From an uncultured Actinomycetes bacterium (GTDB taxonomy: Bacteria > Actinomycetota > Thermoleophilia > Gaiellales > Gaiellaceae), in contig CAVXHB010000018.1 in NCBI GenBank assembly GCA_963761365.1, positions 61 through 64,060 on the forward strand: a stretch of DNA of 64,000 nucleotides, written 5' to 3'. Under the pieces are notes generated by a model. That model was given only the letters and a program-made list of their open reading frames with translations, had not been told where the DNA came from and did no database searches. Position 1 is the stretch's first letter; each line of letters begins with the position of its first letter. This document shows positions 9,711-19,437 of this stretch, piece after piece. The position numbers and the translations under genes were made by a program.

Positions 9711-10007
9711 CTATCTGACCATTTCTACGTCGAAGACGACTTCGAAGCTTTCGAGACTGATGCGCTTGCCGCGGACGCTTTCGGGGATCTCGTCGCCCAG
9801 TTGTTCGAACCGCTCCTCAGCCGCGGCCGCTGTCTCTTCGCTGTCGAAGAACGAGATCACCGACCACCTGCTTTCGTCCTTCATCAGGACCATCACGCGG
9901 AGGATCCCGGCCGGGAGTTCGGTCGCGCGCTCGACCAGCATCTCGTTGTTGCGCCGACCCATCTCTTCCGCGTCGCCTCCTTCGAACGTCGCGATCCTTG
10001 CAATCAC
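9711..10007 (-). CDS. small ABM/Dabb-fold-like hypothetical protein
   Basis: Intact 98-aa ORF MIARIATFEGGDAEEM...SVISFFDSEETAAAAEERF. This is the typical shape of a ferredoxin-like stress or monooxygenase-fold protein. Confidence 0.45.
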   Translation of the reverse strand: MIARIATFEGGDAEEMGRRNNEMLVERATELPAGILRVMVLMKDESRWSVISFFDSEETAAAAEERFEQLGDEIPESVRGKRISLESFEVVFDVEMVR

Positions 10008-10094
10008 GAGTCTTCCCTCCTCATCGGTGTTGACCGGCCACTGCGGACGATCTGGAACTGCTGCGCGAGCGCGACTGGCACGGCTGCGCCGTGC

Positions 10095-11018
10095 CTACGC
10101 GACCGGCCTGCCCATCTGCCGCGAGATCTCGGCAAGCGCTGCCAGGCGCTTCTCGAGCGGCGGGTGATCCATGAACAGCTCGGCACCGGCAGACCTGACC
10201 TTCGCCGGGATGATGAAGAACGCGTTCATCCCTTCCACCTGGCGCAGATCCTGGTTCGGGATCAGCGTCATCTGCGACGAGATCTTCTGAAGCGCGCTCA
10301 TCAGGTACTCGGGTGCGCCCGTGATCAGCGCCGAGCCGCGATCGGCGGCGTACTCGCGGTACCGCGAGATCGTGCGGATCAGGACGAAGCTGATCGCATA
10401 GGTGACGGCGCCGACGAGGAGCAGGATCAGCCAGAGCGGCGGGCCGTTGTTGTTGCTGTTGCGGTTGCCGCCGCTGAACATCCCTCCGTACATGCCGAAG
10501 CGCGCGAGCAGCGCCGCGAGCATGGCGAAGAAGCTCGCCACGGTCATGACGAGTACGTCGCGGTTCGCGATGTGCGAGAGCTCGTGGGCCAGCACACCTT
10601 CGCGCTCCTTCGGGTCGAGGCGCTCCCAGAGGCCGGTCGTCACGCAGACGGCGGCGTGCTTGGGGGAGCGGCCGGTCGCGAACGCGTTCGGCACGGGCGT
10701 GTCCATGATCGCGATCTTCGGCTTCGGCAGGTCGGCCATCGCGCACAGCCGCTCGACCGTCTCGTGCAGCGCGGGCGCTTCCTCGGGAGTCACGATCTTG
10801 GCTCCCGCGGCGCGGAGGGCGAGCTTGTCCGAGGTGTAGTACTGGAAGAAGGCGATCCCGACCACGATCACGACCAACGGGACCAGGCCGACGTTCAGGA
10901 CGCTGAAGAGGACGACCGCGAAGATGACGTAGAGGAGGCCGAGGAGGCCGCCGGTCAGGATCATGCGAATGGTGAGGCCGGCATCGCGGCCATAGTTGCG
11001 ACGTTTCATGCTCGCCAT
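10095..11018 (-). CDS. htpX: zinc metalloprotease HtpX (M48)
   Basis: Intact 307-aa ORF with N-terminal TM helices, HELSHIANRD (HExxH) and YREYAADRGSA. Confidence 0.9.
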   Translation of the reverse strand: MASMKRRNYGRDAGLTIRMILTGGLLGLLYVIFAVVLFSVLNVGLVPLVVIVVGIAFFQYYTSDKLALRAAGAKIVTPEEAPALHETVERLCAMADLPKPKIAIMDTPVPNAFATGRSPKHAAVCVTTGLWERLDPKEREGVLAHELSHIANRDVLVMTVASFFAMLAALLARFGMYGGMFSGGNRNSNNNGPPLWLILLLVGAVTYAISFVLIRTISRYREYAADRGSALITGAPEYLMSALQKISSQMTLIPNQDLRQVEGMNAFFIIPAKVRSAGAELFMDHPPLEKRLAALAEISRQMGRPVA

Positions 11019-11052
11019 GGTACTCCTCGCCCCAGGCTAGACTCGGCCCCCC

Positions 11053-11450
11053 GTGCTGCGTCGCCTCGCACCCCTGGCCGCTCTTGCGGTGCTCGCCTCC
11101 GGCTGCGGCGCCGGCCAGGTGATCTCGCCGGCGGCCGAGACGGTGATCGGCACCGTCGCCGACGCAGACCTGCCCCGTTCCGCCCGAATACGCCAAGGGC
11201 GACCCCGTCGCCGGCAAGGTGGTCTTCACCACGAAGGGCTGCACCGCCTGCCACACGCTCAAGGACGCCGGCGCCGACCGGGAACGTCGGGCCCGAACCT
11301 CGACGAGGCGAAGCCGCCGCTCGGCGAAGGCGATCGACCGGCTGCGTCCACGGCAAGGGCTGCGATGCCGCCGTTCAAGGGCGTGCTCTCGACCAAGCAG
11401 ATCGCCGACGTCGCCGCGTACGTCGTCAAGGCCACCGGCAGTCCGGCTGA
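11053..11450 (+). CDS. class I c-type cytochrome lipoprotein (frame-disrupted)
   Basis: Lipobox LAVLASGCGAG. Haem site VFTTKGCTACHTLKDAG (CxxCH). MPPFKGVLSTKQIADVAAYVVKATG. The pieces sit in three frames and the 3' end is approximate. Confidence 0.7.
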
Positions 11451-12279
11451 TCGAGCTCCCGGCGGACTTCCCCCGCGACGTCGACGTCGTCGCGACGGAC
11501 CTCGACCACACGCTTGACGTGGACGGACGGCGTGCTGCGACCCCGCACGCTCGCCACGCTCGCTCGCGCGCGAAGACGCGGGCCTGCACGTGATCGTCGT
11601 GACGGGCCGCATGGTGCAGTCGGTCCGCCGCGTGCTCGAGCCGGCCGGCTTGCACGAACCGGTCGTCTGCTACCAGGGCGCCGCCGTCGTGGCCGCGGAC
11701 GGCGAGTGGCTCCGGCACGTGCCGATCGAGCTCGAGCTCGCGACGCGAGGCGATCGCGGCGGTCGAGGCGGAGGGCTACGACCCGAACGTCTATGTCGGC
11801 GACGAGCTCTACGTCGTCGCAGATCACGCCGGAGGCGGAGGCGTACGCGAGCTTCCAGCAGCTCCCGATCCATACGGTCGGCGACGTCATGGAGTGGCTC
11901 CCGGAGCCGCCGACGAAGCTCGTCTGCGTCGGCGACCCGGCCGAGCTCGACGGGCGTCGGTGAGCGGATGCGCGCGCGCTTCGGCGACCGGCTGCGGGTC
12001 ACGAAGTCGCTGCCGAACTTCCTCGAGTTCGCAACGCTCGGCGTCACGAAGGGCTCGGGATGGAGTTCCTCTCCGAGCGGCTCGGCTTCTCGCCGGAGAA
12101 GACGATCGCCTTCGGCGACGGCGAGAACGACGTCGAGCTGCTCGAGTGGGCCGGCTACGGCGTCGCCGTCGAGAACGCGCACGAGCGGGTGAAGGCGGTC
12201 GCCGACTGGATCTGCCCGCCCGCGTCCGAGGAGGGCGTGGCTGCTCGTCCTGGATGCGCTTCTAGACTCACGCGGATGA
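11446..12279 (+). CDS. Cof-type HAD-IIB phosphatase (frame-disrupted)
   Basis: VVATDLDHTL, LHVIVVTGRMVQSVRRVLEPAGLHEPVVCYQGAAV, LEFATLGVTKGSG and IAFGDGENDVELLEWAGYGVAVENAHERVKAVADWI lie across several frames. The stop overlaps the serS ATG (ATGA). Confidence 0.7.
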
Positions 12280-13473
12280 TCGACCTCCGGCCGCCCGCGC
12301 CGACCCGGACCGCGTTTCGCGCGGCGCTCGCCCGCAAAGGGCGCCGCCGAGGCGTTCGACTCGCTGCTCGTCGCCGACGAGCGCTGGCGCGCGCTCGTGC
12401 CGAAGGTCGACGAGCTGCGCGGCGAAGCAGAACTCAAGGGCAAGCCGACGCCCGAGCAGCTGCGAGGAGCTCGGCGCCGTGAAGGACGAGTTGCGAACGC
12501 CGAGGACGAGCTCGTCTGCCGCCGAGGCCGAGCGCGACGCGCTGCTCGCCCAGGTGCCGAACCCGCCGGATCCATCGGCGCCCGACGGCGACACCGACGA
12601 CGACGCCGAGGAGCTCCGGCGCTGGGGCAACCCGAAGCCCGACGGGCCCGAGCACACCGAGGTCGGCCGTTTCGAGATGGAGCGGGCGCGCGTCTCTCGG
12701 GCTCGCGCTTCGGCTTCCTCGTCGGCGACACCGCGCTCGTCGCGATGGCGCTCTATCGCTTCGCGCTCGACCGCGCGCTCGCGCACGGCCACACGCCGGT
12801 GCGTGCCGCCGGTGCTCGTGCGCGAAGAGGCGATGTACGGCACCGGTTTCTTCCCGACCGACCGCTCGAACATCTATGCGCTCGAGCGACGACGAGCTCT
12901 ATCTCACCGGCACGTCCGAGGTCGCGCTCGCGGGGCTTCCACATGACCGAGATCCTCGATGAGCTGCCGTTGCGCTACGCGGGGTTCTCGACGTGCTTTC
13001 GGCGCGAGTCGGGCGCGGCCGGAAAGGACACGCGCGGCATGTTCCGCGTGCACCAGTTCAACAAGGTCGAGCTGTTCGTCTACTGCGAGCCCGAGCAGCT
13101 CGGACGAGGAGCACGACCGGCTGCTCGCGATCGAGGAGGAGCTCGTGCAGGCACTCGAGCCTGCCGTATCGCGTCGTCAACGTCGCCGCGGGCGATCTCG
13201 GCGCTCCGGCCGCGAAGAAGTACGACATCGAGGCGTGGTTCCCGTCGCAGCAGCGCTACCGCGAGATCACGTCGACCTCGAACACGACCGACTTCCAGGC
13301 GCGGCGGCTCGGGATTCGCTACCGCACCGACGACAAGAGGCTCGAGACCCCGCATACGCTGAACGGCACCGCGGTCACCGACCGCTGGCTGCTCGCGCTC
13401 CTCGAGAACTTCCAGCGGCGAGGTGCCGGACGTGCTGCGTGAGTTTGGCGCGCCCGCGCGCGTGAACAAGTAG
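12276..13473 (+). CDS. serS: seryl-tRNA synthetase (heavily frame-disrupted as sequenced)
   Basis: MIDLR..., [124 protein letters not shown] and [20 protein letters not shown]. At least 5 frame changes. Confidence 0.9.
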
Positions 13474-13479
13474 TGCGTC

Positions 13480-14435
13480 TGGGCGCTGCCGGCGCTCGTG
13501 CTGTTGCTCGCGGGGTGCGGCTCGACTCCCGCCATGATCGCTTTCACCTCGACGCGCGACGGCAACGCCGAGGTCTATGTCGATGCGCGCGGACGGAAGC
13601 CACGTTCAGGATCTGACGCAGAACCTCGCGCAGGACGGTGAGCCATCGTGGTCGCCCGATGGGAAGCGGATCGCGTTCGTGAGCGGCCGCGACGGCAATA
13701 TCCAGGTCTTCGTGATGAACGCCGACGGCAGTGGGCAGAAGCGGCTGACGCACTCGCAATCAGAGCGACATGGCGCCGGTCTGGTCGCCGGACGGTCGCA
13801 AGATCGCGTTCATGTGCACGACCGCCAAGCCCAACCTCGTCACCGAGATCTGCATCGTGAACGCCGATGGGTCGGGGGCACGCGAGCTGACGCGCCCTAG
13901 CCAGGGCGACAATCTCTACCCGGTGTGGACACACGATTCGAAGGTGGTCGTGTTCACGCGTCCCGGCGGTGGCTATTCCGTCGTCGGCGTCGATGTGAGC
14001 GGTAAGCAGCGGTTCCACATGATCAACGGTGTCGCGGAGGTGGTGTATCCGCAGGCAGGTGACACGCTGGCGTACCTCAGGCATTCCCCAGGCGGCGGGA
14101 AGTGGGCGTTGTACATCGGCCCACGGAAAATCTCGGCCACGTCGGGGAACGTCGATACGCCGGTGTGGTCGCCCGACGGGAAGCGGATCGCGTTCGCATC
14201 CAGGAGCTCTCGCTCCGATCTCTACGTCGTCAAGCGCGACGGCAGCGGCGAGCGGCGCTTGACCTCGGGGCCCGGGAACAGCATCAGTCCTCGCTGGTCG
14301 CCGGACGGGAAGTCGATTGCCTTCGAGCGATTGCGCGGCAACAGCTCGCAAGTTTTCACGGTGCATGCCGATGGCACGGGGGAGAAGCAGCTCACCCACG
14401 AAGGGAAGAACGGCGGTCCCGTGTGGCGGCCCTAG
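13480..14435 (+). CDS. TolB-like PD40 beta-propeller lipoprotein (start uncertain, frame-disrupted)
   Basis: Lipobox LLLAGCGS. Repeated PSWSPDGKRIAF / PVWSPDGRKIAF / PRWSPDGKSIAF blades with ADGSG turns. Confidence 0.7.
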
Positions 14436-14709
14436 TCCTCGCCGTCACGCTGCCAGGCGAGTTTCGACGCTGTAGTTGTTCGTGCTCATCGCGTGTCAGC
14501 GACCAGTCCGGCAGCACAGCCCAGACGGTCGCCGGCTGCCCGTCGCGTGACCAGGTGCGCACCCGGAGCTCGTCGGCGTGCGCCTTGGTGCGGATCGCCT
14601 GCCGCCAGCCTCGATGCTGCGTCGGTGCAAGCCTGCGCATCACCGAGCCGCGGCGCAGTAGAAGGAGGTAGTCCTGGGCGAGTTCGTCGTCGTCGAAGCG
14701 CTCGTACAT
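14392..14709 (-). CDS. hypothetical protein
   Basis: 105-aa ORF MYERFDDDELAQDYLLLLRRGSVMRRLAPTQHRGWRQAIRTKAHADELRV. The 3' end overlaps the convergent propeller gene. No family recognised. Confidence 0.35.
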   Translation of the reverse strand: MYERFDDDELAQDYLLLLRRGSVMRRLAPTQHRGWRQAIRTKAHADELRVRTWSRDGQPATVWAVLPDWSLTRDEHEQLQRRNSPGSVTARTRAATRDRRSSLRG

Positions 14710-14731
14710 CGCGAGGCTAGGATCGTGCCAC

Positions 14732-14819
14732 GGCGGGGTGGCCGGAGCGGTCGAAGGCGGTGGTCTTGAAAATCACTGAGCCTCACAGTCCTCCGTGGGT
14801 TCAAATCCCAGCCCCGCCG
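14732..14819 (+). tRNA. tRNA-Ser (anticodon TGA)
   Basis: 88 nt. Acceptor GGCGGGG/CCCCGCC, D-arm GCCGGAGCGGTCGAAGGC, anticodon loop CUUGAAA, long variable arm, T-loop TTCAAAT. The first pair of the T-stem is a G:G mismatch. Confidence 0.85.
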
Positions 14820-14838
14820 CTCGTTCCTCCGACCGTGG

Positions 14839-15492
14839 TCAGCGGTCGGCGCGCATGAGGAAGCCCGCTCGGCCCGGTGCGTGAACCTCGACGTGCGCGA
14901 AACCGGCATGCGTGAACAGAGCGCGGATCTGCGGCTCGGTGTAGTCGAAGATCGGGCAGTCGCTGAGGACCTCGTAGCGGAGCTTTCTGATCGGTCCCTT
15001 CAGCCAGTGCCAGGCGGGGAAGCTCGCGACCGCGGAGCCTGAGCACAGAGCACCGATTCGCATCGCGAAGGTTTCCGGCTCGCGCAGGTAGTCGAAGAGA
15101 CCGAGGCCGAGTACGACGTCGAACGGCTCCTCCGTCGGGAGCTCGAGAAAGTCACCCTGGACAAGCGTGACGCGTTCGCCGAATCGCGCGAGGCGAGCCC
15201 GCGCGAGGTCGAGCATCTCCGCAGCGAGATCCACGCCGAGGTACTCCGCAGCGCCCGCGTCGAGCACCAGCTCGCCAATGCGACCCGAGCCGCAGCCGAC
15301 GTCGAGCACACGTGGGTTCGCGCGCGAGCGGACCGCTTCGAGTGCCAGCTCCCGGCGGCGGACGAGACCTGGACGCAGCCACCGGGAGATCGGGCCGTCC
15401 TCGTCGTAGAGCGCGTCAAAGGAGGCGGCCTTCTTCCGAAAGTGACCGCCGACACGCTCCGACGTCGTCGAGGCGGGCGTATGCCTGCTCAC
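14839..15492 (-). CDS. class I SAM-dependent methyltransferase
   Basis: C-terminal part of ORF 14839-16254: VLDVGCGSGRIGELVL (motif I), VDLAAEMLDLAR, FDVVLGLGLFDYL. The GTG 15492 start is tentative. Confidence 0.75.
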   Translation of the reverse strand: MSRHTPASTTSERVGGHFRKKAASFDALYDEDGPISRWLRPGLVRRRELALEAVRSRANPRVLDVGCGSGRIGELVLDAGAAEYLGVDLAAEMLDLARARLARFGERVTLVQGDFLELPTEEPFDVVLGLGLFDYLREPETFAMRIGALCSGSAVASFPAWHWLKGPIRKLRYEVLSDCPIFDYTEPQIRALFTHAGFAHVEVHAPGRAGFLMRADR

Positions 15493-16334
15493 AGGTTTGC
15501 AGTCGAAATTCCCGCGCCGCCGCCTGGACGAGCCGCGGGACGCGGGCTCGGCCTGCTTCGCGCCAGAGCGTGCGCTCGGCCGCAAGCGCACGTTGCCCGA
15601 GCGACGCACCTTTCGGAAGGACGATGTGAAGCGCGTCCGGATCCCATTCATACGGATGGAAGTAGATCGTCGGTAGCCGGTCGTCGGTTGCCGCGGCACG
15701 GAGGGAGCGGAAGAGGGTCCGCTCCGGGAGCAGGCGCCAGTAGCTTCCGCCGCCGACCGGCAGTGTGATCCCTCCGACGCGCGAGACGGCGACCGGGAAC
15801 TCCCACAGCGTACGACCGGAGGCGAGCTCGAGAATGTAGGGCTCGCCGGGGATGCCCTGGATCCGGTTCGGGACTCGAGGCCGAGTCGTACTGGCTCGCG
15901 TCGTAGCGGAAACCGAGGTCTGCGAGCACCTCGTAGGCCCAGGGTGTGTTGCGGTTGATCGAGAACAGTGGCGCGCGGTATCCGGTTGCGACGCGACCCG
16001 TCGCGACCTCGATCGTCTCGAGCGCCGCCTGCAGGTCGTCTCGGAACTCGGCTGCCGTCTGGGTGTGCACGGGACGGTGGGCATCTCCGTGGCACGCGAT
16101 CTCGTGGCCGCGCGCGGCGATCTCGGCGGCCAGTTGCGGATAGCGCCGCACAGTCAGGCCGAGGAGGAAGAACGTCGCCCGCACGCCGAGTCCGTCGAGC
16201 CGATCGAGGATCGAGTCGACCTGGCGCGGGAGCGCGGGTCTCGCCTGGTCCCAATCGACGAGCCCGAGGCGGCGATGCACGAGTTGGTGCCAGTCTTCGA
16301 CATCGAACGTGAGCACGAGCGATTGACGGCTCAT
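15416..16334 (-). CDS. polysaccharide deacetylase family protein (NodB domain + DUF3473-like tail), one frame change near 15880
   Basis: MSRQSLVLTFDVEDWHQ, ATFFLLG, HEIACHGDAH, then YILELASGRTLWEFPVAV...GGGSYWRLLP...IYFHPYEWD. ATG 16334 overlaps the upstream stop (ATGA). Confidence 0.75.
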
Positions 16335-17672
16335 GGCTGCGAGAGGTGCGCCAGGAGGTTGTCGACCAACTGTCCCGACGGTCGGGTCGGAGAGAACCGA
16401 GCCTGCGAGGGTGAAGGCGCCCGCTGCGAAGACCTTTGCGCCGGACGGCGTCTCGTAGTAGGTCATTTGCGCGGTGAAGCCCTTGCCGAACAGGTCGGGG
16501 ATCTCCGCCAGCACGTGCACGTTCCGCGGCGAGGCGGCGCTGGTCGCGTCGATCTCGATGCCGCCGTTGCCGAACGAGCGAGCCGTCGACGAGATCGGTG
16601 CCGGCGAAGAGCCACTGCGGCGTCGGCGGTGTCGCGCACGATCCACGGCGCCGCGATGCTGTGCCGCCGTCGTTGCGCGCGGTACTCGGCGCCGATCAGC
16701 GACCCCTCGGGCGCGTCGAGATCGCGCCACTGCGTCGTCCGCTCGATCGTGTTCGCCGTGCCGGACGGTCTGCCAGAAGAAGTTGTTCGCCGAGAGGAAC
16801 GCGAGGTTGCCGCCGAGGTCCCGGTACCCGCGCACGAGCGCGTACTCGTGCGTCGTCACGTACTCGTGGTGGCCCGGGAAGACGATCAGGTCGTAGGCGC
16901 GCGCGAGTGCCTGCGGCGTTCGGACGCGCGTCGAGGTCGCCGTCGGAGAGGTAGTCGACGGCGTGGCCCGTCCATGCGAGCCAGTGCAGGAACGGCAGGT
17001 CGTAGTTGCGGAAGTGGTACGGGACGCCGCGATCGAGGATACGGCCGGTACAGGTGCGCCGTGTGGACGTTCCAGTCGGCGTACCAGCTGTCGCCCTTAC
17101 CGTCGCCGTTGTCGTCGCGGAGGTTGTAGGCCTGCCAGGTCATCGTCGGCAGGACGACGGCGACCCGGTGCTCGCCGAGCGAGCGGGGCGCGATGACGAC
17201 CGGCGCGAACCCGATACGTCCGTCGGCGGCGTGGAGCCGCGCGAAGTAGACGCCCGACGGCCAGTCGCCGATCGCGACTCGGACGACGCGATTCGGCGTG
17301 CAGGTGCCGATGCGCTTCGCGCGCGGTCACCGAGACGCCCTGCATCTCGCTGTTGCCGACCGTGACGGCGTGCTCGGGGCCGGTGTGGAAGATCTGCAGC
17401 GTGACGCCGCGCGCGCGGTTGAAACAGGCGAGCGAGGCGATGCTTCCGGGCGCGTAGCTCTCGCGTTGAAACGCGGCCTCGACGGAGGGCTGAAGCTCCT
17501 CGGCCGTGGGGGCCCGCCCTTCTAGCTCCTCGGCGCTCGAAAGCGTTGGGGTGGAGGTCGCGGCACCGGCGAGCAGCGCTGCGACTGCGAACGCGGCGGC
17601 AGGCCCGAGCAGCCAGAACCGGAGCGGGCGGCGGCCGGGAGTGCGGTTGAGACGTGCGGTGGCGGTTGACAT
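16331..17672 (-). CDS. secreted N,N-dimethylformamidase-large-subunit-like (DUF6605-type) protein, frame-disrupted
   Basis: Signal MSTATARLNRTPGRRPLRFWLLGPAAAFAVAALLAGA. VVLPTMTWQAYNLRDDNGDGKGDSWYADW, HEYVTTHEYALVRGYRDLGGNLAFLSANNFFWQ, GGIEIDATS and the tail LVDNLLAHLSQP. Confidence 0.55.
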
Positions 17673-17773
17673 GCAGCCACCGTCGAAGGGAGGCCCAATC
17701 TGACGACAACGCCTGCCCAACTGCACCCCAACGGCGGCTTTCGGATGCCTGCCGGCGGTGTTACAACCCGTTC

Positions 17774-19437
17774 GTGACCGAGTTCCGGATCCTCGGACCG
17801 CTCGAGGTCGTCGACGAGACCGGGCCGGTCGCGCTGACGGGCCAGAAGCAGCGGGCGCTGCTCGCGCTCCTGCTCATTCACGCCGGCGAGACGCTCTCGA
17901 CCGACCGCATCGTCGACGAGCTCTGGGGCGACAATCCGCCGCGGACGGCGACGACGTCGCTCTGGAACCTCGTCGCGCAGCTCCGCAAAGTGCTGCCGCC
18001 CGACGTGCTCGCCACCAAGCCGCCGGGGTACGTGCTCCAGGCTCGAGGGCCACGAGCTCGACCTCCGCCGCTTCGAGGAGCTCGTCGCCCGAGCACGAAC
18101 CGCCGATGCCGAGGAACGATCCGACCTGCTGCGACAGGGGCTTGCGCTCTGGCGCGGCGGACCGCTCGCCGACCTCGCCTACGAGACGTTCGCGCGGCGC
18201 GAGATCGAGCGACTCGACGAGCTACGCCTGGTGGTGCTCGAGGATCGGATCGACGCCGATCTCGAGCGAGGTGCTCACGCCGACCTCGCGGGCGAGCTCG
18301 AGGCGCTCGTGCAGGATCACCCGCTGCGCGAGCGGATCCGAGGCCAGCTGATGCTCGCGCTCTACCGCTCAGGGCGGCAGGCGGAAGCCCTTCAGGCGTA
18401 TCTCGATGCGAGGAGAACGCTTGTGGACGAGCTCGGGATCGAGCCGCGCCGCGAGTTGCAGGATCTGTACCGCGCGATCCTCCGACAGGAGACGGCTCTC
18501 GAGCGCGCCATCGCCCGCCCGCCTCTCTGACGACCACCTCGCCGACGTCGTTCGCGCCGCGCTGTCGGGTCGGCTTGTCGTCGTCCTCGGCGCCGACGTC
18601 GACCGGGCCCGCGACGGCGAGCGGCAGGAGCTGCCCGGGCTCGGGCGAGATCGTCGCTCATCTCGCGCACGCGTTCAGCTGTCCTCCCGAGCACGTTCGC
18701 GATCTCGCTCACGTCGCCGAGTACGTCGCCCTGACGAACGGCGTCGGGCCGCTCTACGACGAGCTCCACCAGCTCTTCGACCGCGACTCCACCCCCGGAC
18801 CGATCCACAAGGCGCTGGCCGAGCTCGACCGCTCGATCGCCGAGCGCAGCGCCTCGCACCAGCTCATCGTCACGACGAGCTTCCATGAGCTGCTCGAGCA
18901 GGCATTCAGGGCAGACGGATGCGAGTTCGACGTCGTTTCGTATCTCGCGGTCGGGCGGCACCAGGGCAAGTTCCTCCATTCGACACCCGACGGGGAGCCG
19001 ATCGTCGTCGACGCTCCGTACGCGTACACGGATGTCTCACCGGAACGTCGGAGCGTGATCCTGAAGATCCATGGCGGCATCGACCGCGGGCCCGAGTCGC
19101 GAATGGGAGAGCTTCGTCGTCAGCGAGGACGACCACATCGACCATCTCGCACACGGTGACATCGCAGTGGCGTTGCCGGTCACTCTCGCGGCTCGGCTCC
19201 GTCGAAGCCATTTTCTCTTTCTCGGCTACCCGCTGCAGGAGTGGAGTCTCCGCGTCTTTCTCCATCGCGTCTGGGGTCGCGAGAAGGTGGCGTACCGCTC
19301 GTGGGCGATCGCGCCGGCGCTCGACGGGATCGACAAGGAGCTCTGGCGCCAGCGTGGGATCGACATGTTCGACGCTCCCGCTCGACGAGTACGTTGCAGG
19401 CCTCGTACGGCGGCTCGAGGCCGAGGCAAAGCCGTGA
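17774..19437 (+). CDS. SARP-type regulator (OmpR/PhoB winged helix + BTAD) fused to a SIR2_2-family domain; five frame changes as sequenced
   Basis: VTEFRILGPLEVVDETGPVALTGQKQRALLALLL...YVLQ (wHTH). LRRFEELV...ALWRGGPLADL...LMLALYRSGRQAEALQAYLDARRTLVDELGIEP (BTAD). GRLVVVLGADV, LIVTTSFHELLE, ILKIHGG, VVSEDDHIDHL, FLFLGYPLQEWSL (SIR2_2 blocks). No start codon lies between BTAD and SIR2. Confidence 0.75.
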
